Below are positions 13,761-27,105 of a stretch of 64,000 nucleotides of DNA, in pieces (the stretch's first letter is position 1; each line of letters starts with the position of its first letter). The notes below the pieces were generated by a model that was given only the letters and a program-made list of their open reading frames with translations, had not been told where the DNA came from and ran no database searches. Origin of the DNA: Mobula birostris (lineage: Eukaryota); assembly GCF_030028105.1 (NCBI RefSeq), contig NC_092372.1, positions 150,046,058 through 150,110,057 of the forward strand. The letters run 5' to 3'. Made by a program: the position numbers and the translations under genes.

Positions 13761-14941
13761 TAGTCATAGTCATACTTTATTAATCCCAGGAGAAATTGGT
13801 TTTCGTTGCAGTTGCTCCATAAATAATAAATAGTAATAGAACCATAAATAGTTAAATAGTAATATGTAAATTATGCCAGTAAATTATGAAATAAGTCCAG
13901 GACCAGCCTATTGGCTCAGGGTGTCTGACCCTCCAAGGGAGGAGTTGTAAAGTTTGATGGCCACAGGCAGGAATGACTTCCTATGACGCTCTGTGCTGCA
14001 TCTCGGAGGAATGAGTCTCTGGCTGAACGTACTCCTGTGCCCACCCAGTACATTATGTAGTGAATGGGAGAATTGACCAAGATGGCATGCAACTTAGATA
14101 GCATCCTCTTTTCAGATACCAATGTGAGAGAGTCCAGTTCCATCCCCACAACATCACTGGCCTTACGAATGAGTTTGTTGATTCTGTTGGTGTCTGCCAC
14201 CCTCAACCTGCTGCCCCAGCATACAACAGCAAACATGATAGCACTGGCCATCACAGACTCGTAGAACATCCTCAGCATCGTCCGGCAGATGTTAAAGGAC
14301 CTCAGTCTCCTCAGGAAATAGAGATGGCTCTGACCCTTCTTGTAGACATCCTCAGTGTTCTTTGACCAGTCCAGTTTATTGTCAATTCGTATCCCCAGGT
14401 ATTTGTAATCCTCCAGCATGTCCACACTGACCCCCTGGATGGAAACAGGGGTCACCGGTACCTTAGCTCTCCTCAGGTCTACCACCAGCTCCTTAGTCTT
14501 TTTCATATTAAACTGCAGATAATTCTGCTCACACCATGTGACAAAGTTTCCTATCGTAGCCCAGTACTCAGCCTCTTCTCAACTATGGCAGAGTCATCTG
14601 AAAACTTCTGAAGATCACAAGACTCTGTGCAGTAGTTGAAGTCCAAGGTGTAAATGGTGAAGAGAAAGGGAGACAAGACAGTCCCCTGTGGAGCCCCAGT
14701 GCTGCTGATCACTCTGTCGGACACACAGTGTTGCAAGCACACGTACTGTGGTCTGCCAGTCAGGTAATCAAGAATCCATGATAGAAGGGAAGCATCCACT
14801 TGCATCGCTGTCAGCTTCTCCCCCAGCAGAGCAGGGCGGATGGTGTTGAACGCACTGGAGAAGTCAAAAAACATGACCCTCACAGTGTTCGCTGGCTTGT
14901 CCAGGTGGGCGTAGATGCGGTTCAGCAGGAAGACGATGGCA
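13761..14941 (-). mobile_element. Rex1/Babar LINE, 5'-truncated, relatively young
   Basis: ORFs VRVMFFDFSSAFNTI...GAPQGTVLSPFLF...QKFSDDSAIV and KTKELVVDLRR...YKYLGIRIDNKLDW; (ATGACT)n tail; nested in an older CR1 3' end. Confidence 0.92.
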
Positions 14942-16740
14942 TGACCAAAACAATGCACAATACACCAGGTGAGTTTCAATAGTGCCCTACGAAGTTGCTT
15001 GAAAGCTCTAATGCTCTATATTCCTTTCCTAATTGCATGCTGTTCCGGCGTGCAAATCTTTTGTGTTTCATGTATTTGGTTGCCCAGATATTTTACTGGA
15101 GCAGTATTTTATAGATTCACTCCAGTTCTTTCTTATTCTTCCTAACAAGATGGATAACCTCACTCTCAACCTGTCTATATCCCATTGCAAAGACTTTATA
15201 TTCTCCTCACACTTGCCAACCCAGCCATTGTCAGTTAAATTACATTAGTCTTTTCATCTGTTTGGATTACATATACTTGATGCCCCTGCACAGGACCCTG
15301 TAGGATACAATTTTCTGCTGACTGACACTCTTTACAATGCTCCTTTTAATCTTGCTCTGTTTTCTGTTAGTAGCTATGTTTATATATTACCTTTGTCAAG
15401 GTAGTTTGAAATCTGCCCATTTATGTTTGTGTTTTCCCATGGTATGCTGTTGGGATGTAAGTTCATCAAAATCACTTTTAGTATAGAGTGCTTTGGGAGA
15501 ATAAGTAGCTTTTTCACATCTAACCCTGCTGTCACTTTCTATTTATTTCTGCACCAAAGTTAATTGAGTACGTTTCAGATTTACAGCCTGAAAAATACTC
15601 AGCAATAGAAAGCAAGCAGATACTTCCTTCTTAATCAAACTTTCTTTTATTGTTCCTAGTCTCTGGACTTCATAACTTAATGACCATTTCTCTCTGTATT
15701 GGCATTTTTTTCTGTAATGTATCACGCTTTAAAAACCTGTAAATTGTCACTTTTAATTGTTCATCGAATAAATCCAAGTTGTTAGCAGTTTTGATGTTTT
15801 CACTTGCAAAGCAGATTTCTGTAAGTAGGTCGCAATTGTGGAATTTTTTAAAAATTAAAAAAAATTCATACAAAGAGCCCATACGGATCTCCCCTCAACT
15901 CGTTAGAAATGTACTTACTGTAATGGAATTTCATGCATTTTTAAAAAGAATCCTAAAATATTAATGTTGGCAAAGCGCACCCATGCATGAGGATTGCTGT
16001 AGTTCTTCTTCACATAGATTGGAATTGACATGTGACCTCACAAAGAGATGCTGCAGAACAAAGATGGGAAGTTTTCTACTCCATCGGAGATAGAACTGGA
16101 AAAGACAGCAGTTTGGTGAGGAAGGGAAGCCATGACTGCTGGAGTATGAAGATTAACCAAAGTAATGGTGGACTGAGTACAAAGAAAAATATGTTTATGG
16201 TTTTTAAAAGTATTATCAAAGATGGAATTATGATCTAAAATTTGCCAGCACTGAAAATATTCAGAAGTGCCAGGAAGCTTCTCTGAAGAAAGAAGCAGTT
16301 AATGTTTATTTTCTTAATTTTATTTTCATAATGTTTATTCAGATCATAAAAGCAGAAATATGCACATGGATATGCTTTCTGCACAACAAGACCTTCCCCC
16401 CCACCAAAAAAAAAGAAACTGAGAAAATGGAGCAAGAATAGGCCCTTCATGCCTGCCTCCCGTTTGATATGATCTGTGTCAGCTTCAACTCCTCTTGCGT
16501 GCCAATTCATCTCTGGATCCTTCAAGTTTTTATCTCCACTTTAAATATATCCATTGTATATTTTGGAGCCAGAGAATTCCAGAGATCTACAACTCTAAGA
16601 AGAAGTTTCTATGCTCTTTGGTGGTTTAAATGACCAGTCATTTATATTATAATATAGCTCTTTGGCTTGTCTGCAGTTCTCCCATGAGGGAAAACTAACT
16701 GTTTTTGCTCTCTTCTGTTGAAAATACTTGTCATTTTCTT

Positions 16741-19700
16741 CGGCAGTTGAACGGGGCACGACTGCGCAAGCGCATGTAAGTCGGACCGTGAGGCAGCGGG
16801 AGTATTTAAAAGAGAGCAGAGTAACGGAGCAGGCGACGGAGTAGAGGGAGACAGAGTAGGAAGGCTTTGGCTCGAGCGGCTTTGACGAGCAGAGGCTGAG
16901 GAAGAGCTTCGCTCCAAGTGAGGTAAAGTTGGATAAGTTCCTTTAATAAATGTAATTACCTTAGGAGTAGGTAATGGAGGCAGCAGTTAGGGCAGTTGAT
17001 TGCTCTGTTTGCAGGATGTGGGAAGTCAGGGCGAGCACAATCATCCCTGATAACTACACCTGCGAAAGGTGCATCCAGCTGCAGCTCCTGACAAACCGAG
17101 CTAGATGAACTTCAGATCATTCGGGAGGCAGGGGCAGAAAGAGAGAGGAGTTACAGGGAGATAGTCACCCCTAAGAATCAGGAGACAGGTAGCTGGGTGA
17201 CTGTCAGGAGAGGGAAGGGGAATAGACAGAATGAGCGGAGCACCTGTGGCGTTCCCACCAGTAATAAGTACATCATTTTGGTTACTGTTGATGGGGACAA
17301 CCTACCAGGGACAAGTTGCAGTGGTTGCGTCTCTGGCACCACGATGGGACCCTCAACTCAGAAAGGAAGGAGGGAAAAGAGGAGAGCAGTAGTGATAGGG
17401 GATTTGATAGTTAGGGGGACAGATAAGAGGTTCTGTGGAAGAGATTGAGAATTCTGGATGGTCTGTTGTCTCCCTGGTGCCAAGGTCCGTGATATCTCAG
17501 ATCGAGTTCTCGGTATTCTCAAGAGGGAGGGTGAGCAGCCGGATGTCGTGTCCATGTAGGGACCAGTGACGTGGGTAGGAAGAGTGAGGAGGTCCTGAAA
17601 GGTGAGTTTAGGGAGTTAGGTGCCAAGTTAAAGGATAGGACCTCCAGGATAGCAATCTCAGGATTGCTGCCAGTGCCATGTGCAGGCGAGTTTAGGAATA
17701 GTAAGATAGCACAGATCAACTCATGGCTGAAGACATGGTGCAGGAGGGAGGACTTCAGATTTATAGATAATTGAGCAGTTTTCCGGAGAAGGTGGGACCT
17801 GTTCTGGTGGGACGGTCTACATCTGAACTGGAGGGGGACAAATGTTCTTGCAGGTAGGTTTGCTAGAGAGGCGCCGGTGGATTTAAACTAGGTACGAGGG
17901 GTGAGGGGAACCAGAGTGTAAGAACAGATGTAGGGAAGAAGGAAGAAAAACAAAATAGTAAAGTTGCACCGTTAGTGATAAACAGAGAGTAAGAGGTGGA
18001 AAATTTCTTAAATGCATTTATTTTAATGCTAGGAGTATTTTAAGAAAGGTAGATGAGCTTAAAGCATGGATTGATACCTGGAAGTATGATGTGGTAGCTA
18101 TTAGTGAAACATGGTTACAGGAGGGGTGTGATTGGCAACTAAATATTCCAGGATTTAATTGCTTCGGGTGTAATAGAATCAGAGGGACAAGAGGGGGAAG
18201 TGTTGCATTGCATGTCAGAGAAAATATTGCAGCGGTGCTGTGGCAGGATAGGTTACAGGGCTCATCTAGGGAAGCTATTTGGGTGGAATTGAGGAATGGG
18301 AAAGGTGTAGTAACTCTAATGGGGGTGTATTATAGACCACCAAATGGGGAGAGAGAATTGGAGGAGCAAATTTGTAAGGAGATAGCAGATATTTGTAGTG
18401 AGCACAAGGTTGTGATTGTGGGAGATTTTAATTTTCCACACATAGACTGGGAAGCCCATACTGTCAAAGGGCTGGATGGTTGGAGTTTGTAAAATGTGTG
18501 TAGGATAGTTTTTTGCAGCAATACATAGAGGTACCAATGAGAGAAGGGGCAGTGTTGGATCTGCTGTTAGGGAATGAGATAGGTCAGGTGATGGAGGTTT
18601 GTGTTGGGGAGCACTTTGGGTCCAGTGATCACAATGCTATTAGTTTCAATATAATTATGGAGAACGATAGATCTGGATCCAGGGTTGAGATTTTTGATTG
18701 GAGAAAGGCTAACTTTGAGGAGAAGCGAAAGGATTTAGAAGGAGTGGATTGGGACAATTTGTTTTATGAGATGAATGTAATAGAGAAATGGAGGTCATTT
18801 AAAGGTGAAATTTTGAGGGTACGGAATCTTTATGTTCCTGTTAGGTTGAAAGGAAAGGTTAAAAGTTTGAGAGAGCCATGGTTTTCCAAGGGATATTGGA
18901 AGCTTGGTTCGGAAAAAGAGATATCTACAATAAATATAGGCAGCATGGAGTAAATGAGATGCTCGAGGACTATAAAGAATATAAAAAGAATCTTAAGAAA
19001 GAAATTAGAAAAGCCAAAAGAAGATACGAGGTTGCTTTAGCAAGTAGGGTGAAAATAAATCCAAAGGGTTTCTACTGTTATATTAATAGCAAAAGGATAG
19101 TGAGGGATAAAATTGGTCCCCTAGAGAATCAGAGTGGACAGCTATGTGTGGAGCCAAAAGAGATGGGGGAGATTCTGAACAATTTCTTTTCTTCGGTATT
19201 CACTAAGGAAAAGGATATTGAATTGTGTAAGATAAAGGAAATAAGAAGGGTAGTTATGGAAAGTATGATGATTAAAGAAGAGGAAATACTGGCGCTTTTA
19301 AGGAATATAAAAGTGGATAAGTCTCCGGGTCCAGACAGGATATTCCCTAGGACCTTGAGGGAAGTTAATGTGGAAATAGCAGGGGCTCTGACAGAAATAT
19401 TTCAAATGTCATTAAAAACAGGGATGGTGCCAGAGGATTGTCGTTTTGCTCATGTTGTTCCATTGTTTAAAAAGGATTCTAAGAGTAAACCCAATTATCG
19501 GCCTGTGAGTTTGACGTCAGTGGTGGGTAACTTGATAGAAAGTATTCTTAGAGATGGTATATATAATTATCTGGATAAACAGGGTCTGATTAGGAACAGT
19601 CAGCATGGATTTGTGTGGGGAAGGTCATGTTTGACAAAACTTATTGAATTTTTTGAAGAGGTTACTAGGAATGATGACAAGGGTAAAGCGGTGGATGTTG

Positions 19701-20888
19701 TCTATATGGACTGCAGTAAGGCCTTTGACAAGGCCCCACACGGAAGGTTGGTTAGGAAGGTTCGATCGTTAGGTATTAATATTGAAGTAGTAAAATGGAT
19801 TCAACAGTGGCTGGATGGGAGATTCCAGAGAGTAGTGGTGGATAACTTTTGTCAGATTGGAGGCCGGTGACTAGTGGAGTGCCTCAGGGATATGTACTGG
19901 GTCCAGTGTTATTTGTCATATACATTAATGATCTGGATGATGGGGTGGTAAATTGGATGAGTAAGTATGCAGATGATACTAAGATAGGTGGAGTTGTGGA
20001 TAATGAAGTAGGTTTTCAAAGCTTGCAGAGAGATTTAGGCCAGTCAGAAGAGTGGGCTGAAAGATGGCTGATGGAGTTTAATGCTGATAAATGTGAGGTG
20101 ATATATTTTGGTAGAACTAATCAAAATAGGACATACATGGTAAATGGTAGGGCATTGAAGAATGCAGTAGAACAGAGGGATCTAGGAATAATGGTGCATA
20201 GTTCCCTGAAGGTGGAATCTCATGTGGATAGGGTGGTGAAGAAAGCTTTTGGTATGCTGGCCTTTATAAATCAGAGCATTGAGTATAGGAGTTGGGATGT
20301 AATGTTGAAATTGTACAAGGCATTGGTGAGGCCAAATTTGGAGTACTGTGTACAGTTTTGGTCACCAAATTATAGGAAAGATGTCAACAAAATAGAGTAC
20401 AGAGAAGATTTACTGGAATGTTACCTGGGTTTCATCACCTAAGTTACAGAGAAAGGTTGAACAAGTTGGGTCTTTATTCTTTGGAACGTAGAAGGTTGAG
20501 GGGGGACTTGATAGACATATTTAAAATTACGAGGGGGATAGATAGAGTTAACGTGGATCGGCTTTTTTCATTGAGAGTGGGGGAGATTCAAACAAGGGGA
20601 CATGAGTTGAGAGTTAAAGGGCAAAAGTTTAGGGGTAACATGAGGAGGAACTCCTTTACTCAGAGAGTGGTAGCTGTGTGGAACGAGCTTCCAGCAGAAG
20701 TGGTTGAGGCAGATTTGATGTTGTCATTTAAAGTTAATTTGGACAGCTATATGGACAGGAAGGGAATGGAGGGTTAATGGGCTGAGTGTAGGTTGGTGGG
20801 ACTAGGTGAGAGTAAGAGTTCGGCATGGACGAGAAGAGCCGAGATGGCCTGTTTCCGTGCTGTAATTGTTATATGGTTATGTGGTTAA
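16741..20888 (+). mobile_element. Near full-length CR1 LINE: 5' UTR, ORF1 (zinc finger + SGNH esterase), ORF2 (APE + RT), 3' tail; disabled by frameshifts
   Basis: ORF1 from ATG 16974: MEAAVRAVDCSVCRMW...YTCERC, then VVIGDLIVRG; ORF2: YFNARSI, AISETWL, VGDFNFP, SDH, NYRPVSLTS, SKYADDTK; tail TGGTTATG repeats. Confidence 0.95.
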
Positions 20889-21254
20889 ACTATATTTTTC
20901 CTTCATTTTTTTTTAAGTATTGCGGTCACGTTACATAATATGAGGGGCTTGTCATTGGTGGCTTGTTGACAAAATAGAATAGATCTGGTGGCTCTGCATG
21001 GTGCCAGTGTCAGCAGAAAGTTAATGTTAAGCTCAAAAGGGTAAATTGCATGTAACACATGCAAATTGCTTGAGTAGCTCAGCAGGTTAGGTAGTATCTG
21101 TGGAGGAAAATGAACAGTTTACATTTTGGGCCAAGGCCCTTCAGTAGGACTGGACTGCTGAGATCCTCCAACATTTGGTGTGTGTTGCTCAAGATTTCCA
21201 GCATCTGCAGGATCTCTGACCAGAATTATACATCAGGCTCTTATTCTCTCAAGT

Positions 21255-21543
21255 TAAGAGTTGAGGGCTAAAGGGCAAATGTTTAGGGGTAACATGAGGG
21301 GGAACTTCTTTACTCAGAGAGTATTAGCTGTGTGTGGAATGGGCTTCCAGCAGAAGTGGTTGAGGCAGGTTCGATGTTGTCATTTAAAGTTAAATTGGAT
21401 AGATATATGGACAGGAAAGGAATGGAGGGTTATGGGCTGAGTGCAGGTCAGTGGGACTAGGTGAGAGTAAGAGTTCGGCACGGACTAGAAAGGCTGAGAT
21501 GGCCTGTTTCTGTGCTGTAATTGTTATGTGGTTGTATGGTTAA
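21255..21543 (+). mobile_element. Short 5'-truncated copy of the same CR1 family
   Basis: Closely matches about 20604-20888, including the tail. Confidence 0.9.
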
Positions 21544-22769
21544 TAGAAGGGAATATTCATTGAAATAGTTGAAGTATTACAAAGAGCAAATGGAGCAAAA
21601 ACTTCTTCCCCTGGAGGCGGAGAAAGAGTCGATAGCTAGAGTCTGCTTTCAATGGTAAAGGATGTTTGAAACTGGGGGCTGTTGGTTTTAGGTGAGAGGT
21701 ATGAGGTTTACAGGGAAACTGAGTAGTAAATTGTTCACATGAAAAGGAGTGTATATCTGAAGTAAGATGTCAGAAGAGTTGGTGGAGGCAGGAACAGTAA
21801 CAGCATTTAAGATGTATCTGGATAGGTAATTAATTTGAAAAAAGGCATGAGGAATATGGAATTAATACAAGCAAGTGGGCTTCGTGCCGACGGGTCAGAA
21901 TAGATGTGGTGGGCTGAAGAACCTATTTCTGTGGTGTACAACTTTAAATTCCAATGAGAAATAGCTTTAAAAAATAAATTGGATCTAAGGCTTTTATGGT
22001 TTCTGAAAGCTGATTTATGGAAGTTCTTATTAATGTAAAGAGTAATGGAAATCTGAACTACTCCCTCAGTTGCCAAAGCTAAGTTAAGTGAATGAATTAA
22101 AACTGATGCAGATAAAACTGAAATAAGTAAGGAATGCATGAGAAAGTTGGATAAATGGAATTGACGAGGTCCAGATTTGCCTAGCCAGAGGAGCTGAATG
22201 ACTTCATTCTGTCTCTGCCTTTTTAATATTGATTGGTTTCTCTTGTGGTAAACTCACATGTTTACTCTTGCAGTTCCTTATCATCTTTAAATTCCAAGAT
22301 CAAACAATCTGAAATTTATACCTGAACTATGGAGCTTGGAAATACTGTTAAACATATGGCACTATCATTTCAGATCAACCACTTGAAAATAAATCACATC
22401 GCAAGTTTAGTGAGTGACACTCATCATGTCTCATTGTCAGGTGGAGTGTAAAACTTAGCCTGTACAATTGTCATATTAGAAACTTAAATGCTCTAAGGTG
22501 TTTTTTGCATATTGTGTAATTGTCAGCTGCTAGACTGAGAACTTCAGTTAACAGTCTATCTGTTTGAACTCTTGGAAATAATGAGATAGCACTGTATGTT
22601 ACACATGGTGGAGCAAGAGCTACAATAATAATTAAACATTTTAATGAGTCACATTAGTAACGGTACATGCTGGGCAACTGGGCCCACTGAGACGAAAGAC
22701 TCGCACACCTGAAAGCCTGCGCCTAAAAGAGAGTACCCTCCATTGATTGGCCATGCCATCGATCGACCG

Positions 22770-23510
22770 TAACCGATCTGGTACAGTTCATCCTTCCCCC
22801 CCTATGGATGGGAACTGCAGAAGGGATTAGAGCGTGTCGGAGAATACAAGTACCTTGGCACAACTATAGATAACAAAATCACCTTTCAGACAAATGGTGG
22901 GTTGATACTTTCCAAGTGCCAACAACAGCTATTTTTCCTTGGGAAGATACGGAAACTTAAGGTCCAGCCATCGATTCTCCAGACATTTTATAAATGCTTC
23001 ACTGAATCAATATGAGCTTGCATTAGGGCATGGTTCAGAGCATTGAGCACTATCAACCTCAACCCACTCCACAGAACCGTCAGAAAATGTAGCAAAATCA
23101 TTGGTCAGGAACAAGAATCACTCAGCAACGTCCATAAGAGACGGACAATAACGAAGGCTCAACAAATGGTAGTGGACATTACACACACACTTCACACATA
23201 CTCTTATGCCATCTGGACACTGCTACAGGTCCCTGCTCATCAGCAACAGAAAAGCCCTATCCAGTTTTTTGCCTTCCTCCATTCGACTCGTCAGCACCCA
23301 ATTTTGAAAATATAGTATGCATAGCAGCTATGACAGTAAAAAGAGTCAGTTTTATTGTGTATTTGTATTTTAAATCACATGCATTTTTAGTATTTATTAT
23401 CTATTGTGAGTATTTTATATTGTGTTTAACTATGTGCGGTGTATGTTTCTGTGATGTTGTCTGTACCACTACACATTCCTCACGGAAAATAAAATGAATT
23501 GAGTTGAATC
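22770..23510 (+). mobile_element. Divergent Rex1-like LINE 3' fragment
   Basis: VENYKYLGTTIDNKITF, QQQLFFLGKIRKL; AATAAA followed by (TTGAA)-like tail. Confidence 0.7.
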
Positions 23511-23539
23511 AGTAAGGTAAGCTGAGAAAAATAATGAAC

Positions 23540-25050
23540 TGACTGTCCTGCTTGATAGCAGTCAACTAGCCGATTCACCCTTGTGGACTGCCGCAGGGGC
23601 ACAGCTTCTATCTCTATGTCTTCCTGTTAGCTGAATTTGAGAACAGAGTGCAGAAAATTTACTTGTCTTAATGAAACACCCATTGTTTCATCTGCTGGGG
23701 TGCTAGTTTCATCAGCAGAGGATGCTTCTGCAACTTCCCCCGTCAGTTCACTGGCATATATGATCCAAATGTTGCCTGACGATTCATACGCCTGTCAGCT
23801 CAATTTCTGCTACTTGACCATGACAATACCAGACAGCAGCAGGTAGCCAGTTTTCTTCCTGCAAGATGTGCATGTAGACCTTGTCACTGGCACCAAACGT
23901 CTGTGGCCTGGTGTGCATATTGTATGTTTGTGTTGTGACCTCTTGCTTGCTGCAAATTTACTCCTAGATGGCTGGCAGTAGGAGACCTGCTGTCTGTGGC
24001 CGGTCAAGTTTTTGTACCCTTGGACCCACTGTATGTGGCACTGGGTAGGCCTTGAAAGACTGTAGCTGGCAATTCTCCATAAACTTGAACTTAGCTGCTG
24101 GAGCATGATATTGATCTGAAGTGTCAGCTTGTAAAACGCACTGATGCCTTTATAATAGAGCATTCAATGCGAGATTCCTCACAATGTGGTTGATGCAGGA
24201 CAGCACCAATAGTGTCTTTTTAAATCTAGTTCTGTCCAGCATACTGTGCCGTTGGCTTCCCCTGACCAGATGCACGGGTAAGTGACACCGGTCCCCCTGG
24301 TGAATCACTTCAGCTGTAAAGATACCATGCACATCCACACAAAACTCCAGTGTTGCTGTGGAACACTGAGAGCAGCGGTCATAATTTTGGAATCTAGTAT
24401 ACAGATAATTCGCTTACCAAGGTGATGACTGACCTTGTATCCAGCTCAGATTTCATGGGCTGTTTGTCCACTGTGTGTGTAACCAAATAAGGAAGCTGGT
24501 TTTGGTAGCCCATGTCATGGGTTTGATAAATAGAGCCCATTTCTTTGTTTTGGCCTTTTCCTTGTGTGGAGTTAATGGTTGAGTTCTCATGGTGCCTTGC
24601 TTTGTAAAGCACAGCTTCTTGAGGTGTTCTTCTGACAGAAACGGCAGACTGTTTTTTGATGCTTGCAATCAGTCCATTGGGAATGACTTTCTCCACAGTG
24701 ATGGCATCTCTGTGGAGACTGTAGGTTGCGGGTTGGTATTCCCTGTCAAATATTGTCGTTTTCAGGAATGGATTCTTGCTCCATTACTGTCTGAATCAGT
24801 GGTGATGGGGGTGGCAAGCTGTGGAGCATGCTTTATCCCAGGACAAGTCATGGTTTTGGACAGGAGGCTCCTGTGTCCTCCCACTTTGGATTCCAACAAT
24901 TAACGCTTAGATAATGATCATTTTGAAATGCTCGAGGGAATATCTGTGTGCTTGCATTCCTGTGCCACTTGGATCAGTCTTATGATGAAATCTACGTTCT
25001 CATTGGGGGTCTGCCATAACTGAGAACGTGAAGCGTGCTATAAACACATT
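23540..25050 (-). mobile_element. Degraded Gypsy-type LTR retrotransposon internal remnant (gag-protease)
   Basis: TVDKQPMKSELDTRSVITLVSE resembles the (M)ELDTGA aspartic protease motif; LPVHLVRGSQRHSMLDRT resembles L.VV.G..PSLLGRDW; no LTRs identified. Confidence 0.5.
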
Positions 25051-25104
25051 GGGCTGCATGTCCCAAAAGTGTCCAAAGCAAGAAATGCATCTGTCAATTG
25101 AAAA

Positions 25105-25545
25105 TGAGAAGGGGGAGTAGGGAGATATCACTGAAAGTTAGAGAAATCAGTATTTATTCCACCAGGTTGGAGGCCTCTGAGACTGTATATGAGATGTTGT
25201 TCCTCTAACCTGAGTGTGGCCTCTTAGTGGTAGTAGAGGAGTGGATGGCCGACATGTTGAAACAAGACTAGGAAGTCAAATTGAAGTGGGCGCACGGAGA
25301 AAATGTGTCTTTTGTGATGGACAAGCAAACGTGCTTGACAAATCTATGTCAGGTCTCACTGACGTAGAGGAGATCACAGTGCAATAGGTAGCCCCGGCAT
25401 ACTCAACAAGTGAAGTGTCGCCTCATTTGGAAGGACTTTTTGGGGGCCCTGATTAGTGGTGAGTGGAGAGGTATAGGGCAAGCGTAGCACTTGTCTCGCA
25501 TGCAGGGTAAGTGCCTGGAGGGAGATCAGTGGGTGGGTACATGTG
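25105..25545 (-). mobile_element. Old Penelope GIY-YIG fragment
   Basis: Degenerate similarity to 4060-4420. Confidence 0.75.
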
Positions 25546-26409
25546 GCAGTTGTTTGGTATTGATTATTTACAGAAGCTGTGCCAATTCTGGGCTGGGCAA
25601 TTTATTCAGCGCAGAAAATCGTCAAAGGTCTTAAACCTGAGACCATTATACTGTAACTGGCTCTGCTGCTCACTGGAGGAAGTATTTCATTTAGCTTACA
25701 TGATATGTGCAAGAGAATACCTTCAGAAATACAAAAGCTTTGTATTAATGTATGCTGAATAAATAAAACATTTTAATATTTGGAATGCACTGACAGATTC
25801 TGTTGCTTTTGTCTTCCCCAAGTTTTTGATATCAATGTTCTGAATAGAACCTAATTTGTTTCATGTATTTTGTTTGCATACATTGATTGGTATCACTGAC
25901 AAGGCTATCTTCGATTATGTTATGCCTTTGAGAAGTTGGAGTGATTAACGTCTTTGAACCAAGAAATTGGTTGTGCTGACATTATGGAGACACAAGAGAC
26001 TGCAGATACGGGAATCTGGAGCAACAGTTAAACTGCTGGAGGAACTCATTGGGTCAAGCAACTTCTATGAAGAGAAATAGACGGTCAAAGTTTCACGTTG
26101 ATGCCCTTTATCAGTGGTGCAGTGCTAGCCGGAGCTCGTCAGGCACATCTTTAAGAAAAAATGCCGAAATAAACAAGCTAATTAATTAGGTGCCGCCCAG
26201 GGTGATTTGTGTATCTCAGAAACTGCTGATCTCCTGGGATTTTTACACACAACGGACTCTGGAGTTTACAAAGAATGGTGCCAAAAACAAAAAAACATCC
26301 AACGAGTGGCTGTCTCTGAGCAAAAACATCTTGTTAAATCCACTCACTGGATGTTTTTTTTGTTTTTAGCACTATTCTTTGTAACAGAGGAGAAGGTGTT
26401 TGCTGTCTA

Positions 26410-27105
26410 AAGGTGAATTAGGGTGGATAAATCCTCAGGGCCTGACAAGATGTTCCCTCGGACTCTGTGAGAGGCAAGAGTAGAAATTGCAGGGGCCCTA
26501 GCAGAGATATTTAAATCATGCTTCGGTGAGTTGCCAGAGGACTGGAGGATAGCTAATATTGTTCTGCTGTTTAAGAAAGGCTCTAAAAATAAACCAGGAA
26601 ATTATAGGCTGGTGAGCCTGACATCAATAGTTGGAAAGGTATTAGAAGGTATTCAAAGGAGTATTTGGATAGACATGGACCGATTAGGGATAGACAGCAT
26701 GGCCTTGTGCGTGGTTGGTCTCTTCTAACGTATCTTACTGAGTTTGTCGAAGAAGTTACCAGTAAAGTTGTTGAAGGCAAGGCTGTGGATGATGTTTACA
26801 TGGACTTCAGCAAGGCATTTGACTACGTCCTGCATGGGAGGCTGCCCAAGGAAGTTCAGTCGCTTGGCATTCAAGATGATGTTCTAAATTAGATGAGACA
26901 TTGCTCTGTGGCAGAAACCAGAGAGTGGTAGTAGATGGTTGCCTTTCTGACTGGAGGCCTGTGGCTAGTGGAGTACGGCAGGGATTTGTGCTGGGTCTGT
27001 TGTTTTTTGCCATCTATATCAATGATCTGGATGATAATGTACTTAACTGGATCACCGAGATTGGGAATGTAGAGGACAGCGAGGAAGACTATCAGTGCTT
27101 GCAGC
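26410..27105 (+). mobile_element. CR1 RT fragment
   Basis: PEDWRIANIVLLFKKG...NYRLVSLTS, VYMDFSKAFD. Confidence 0.9.
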
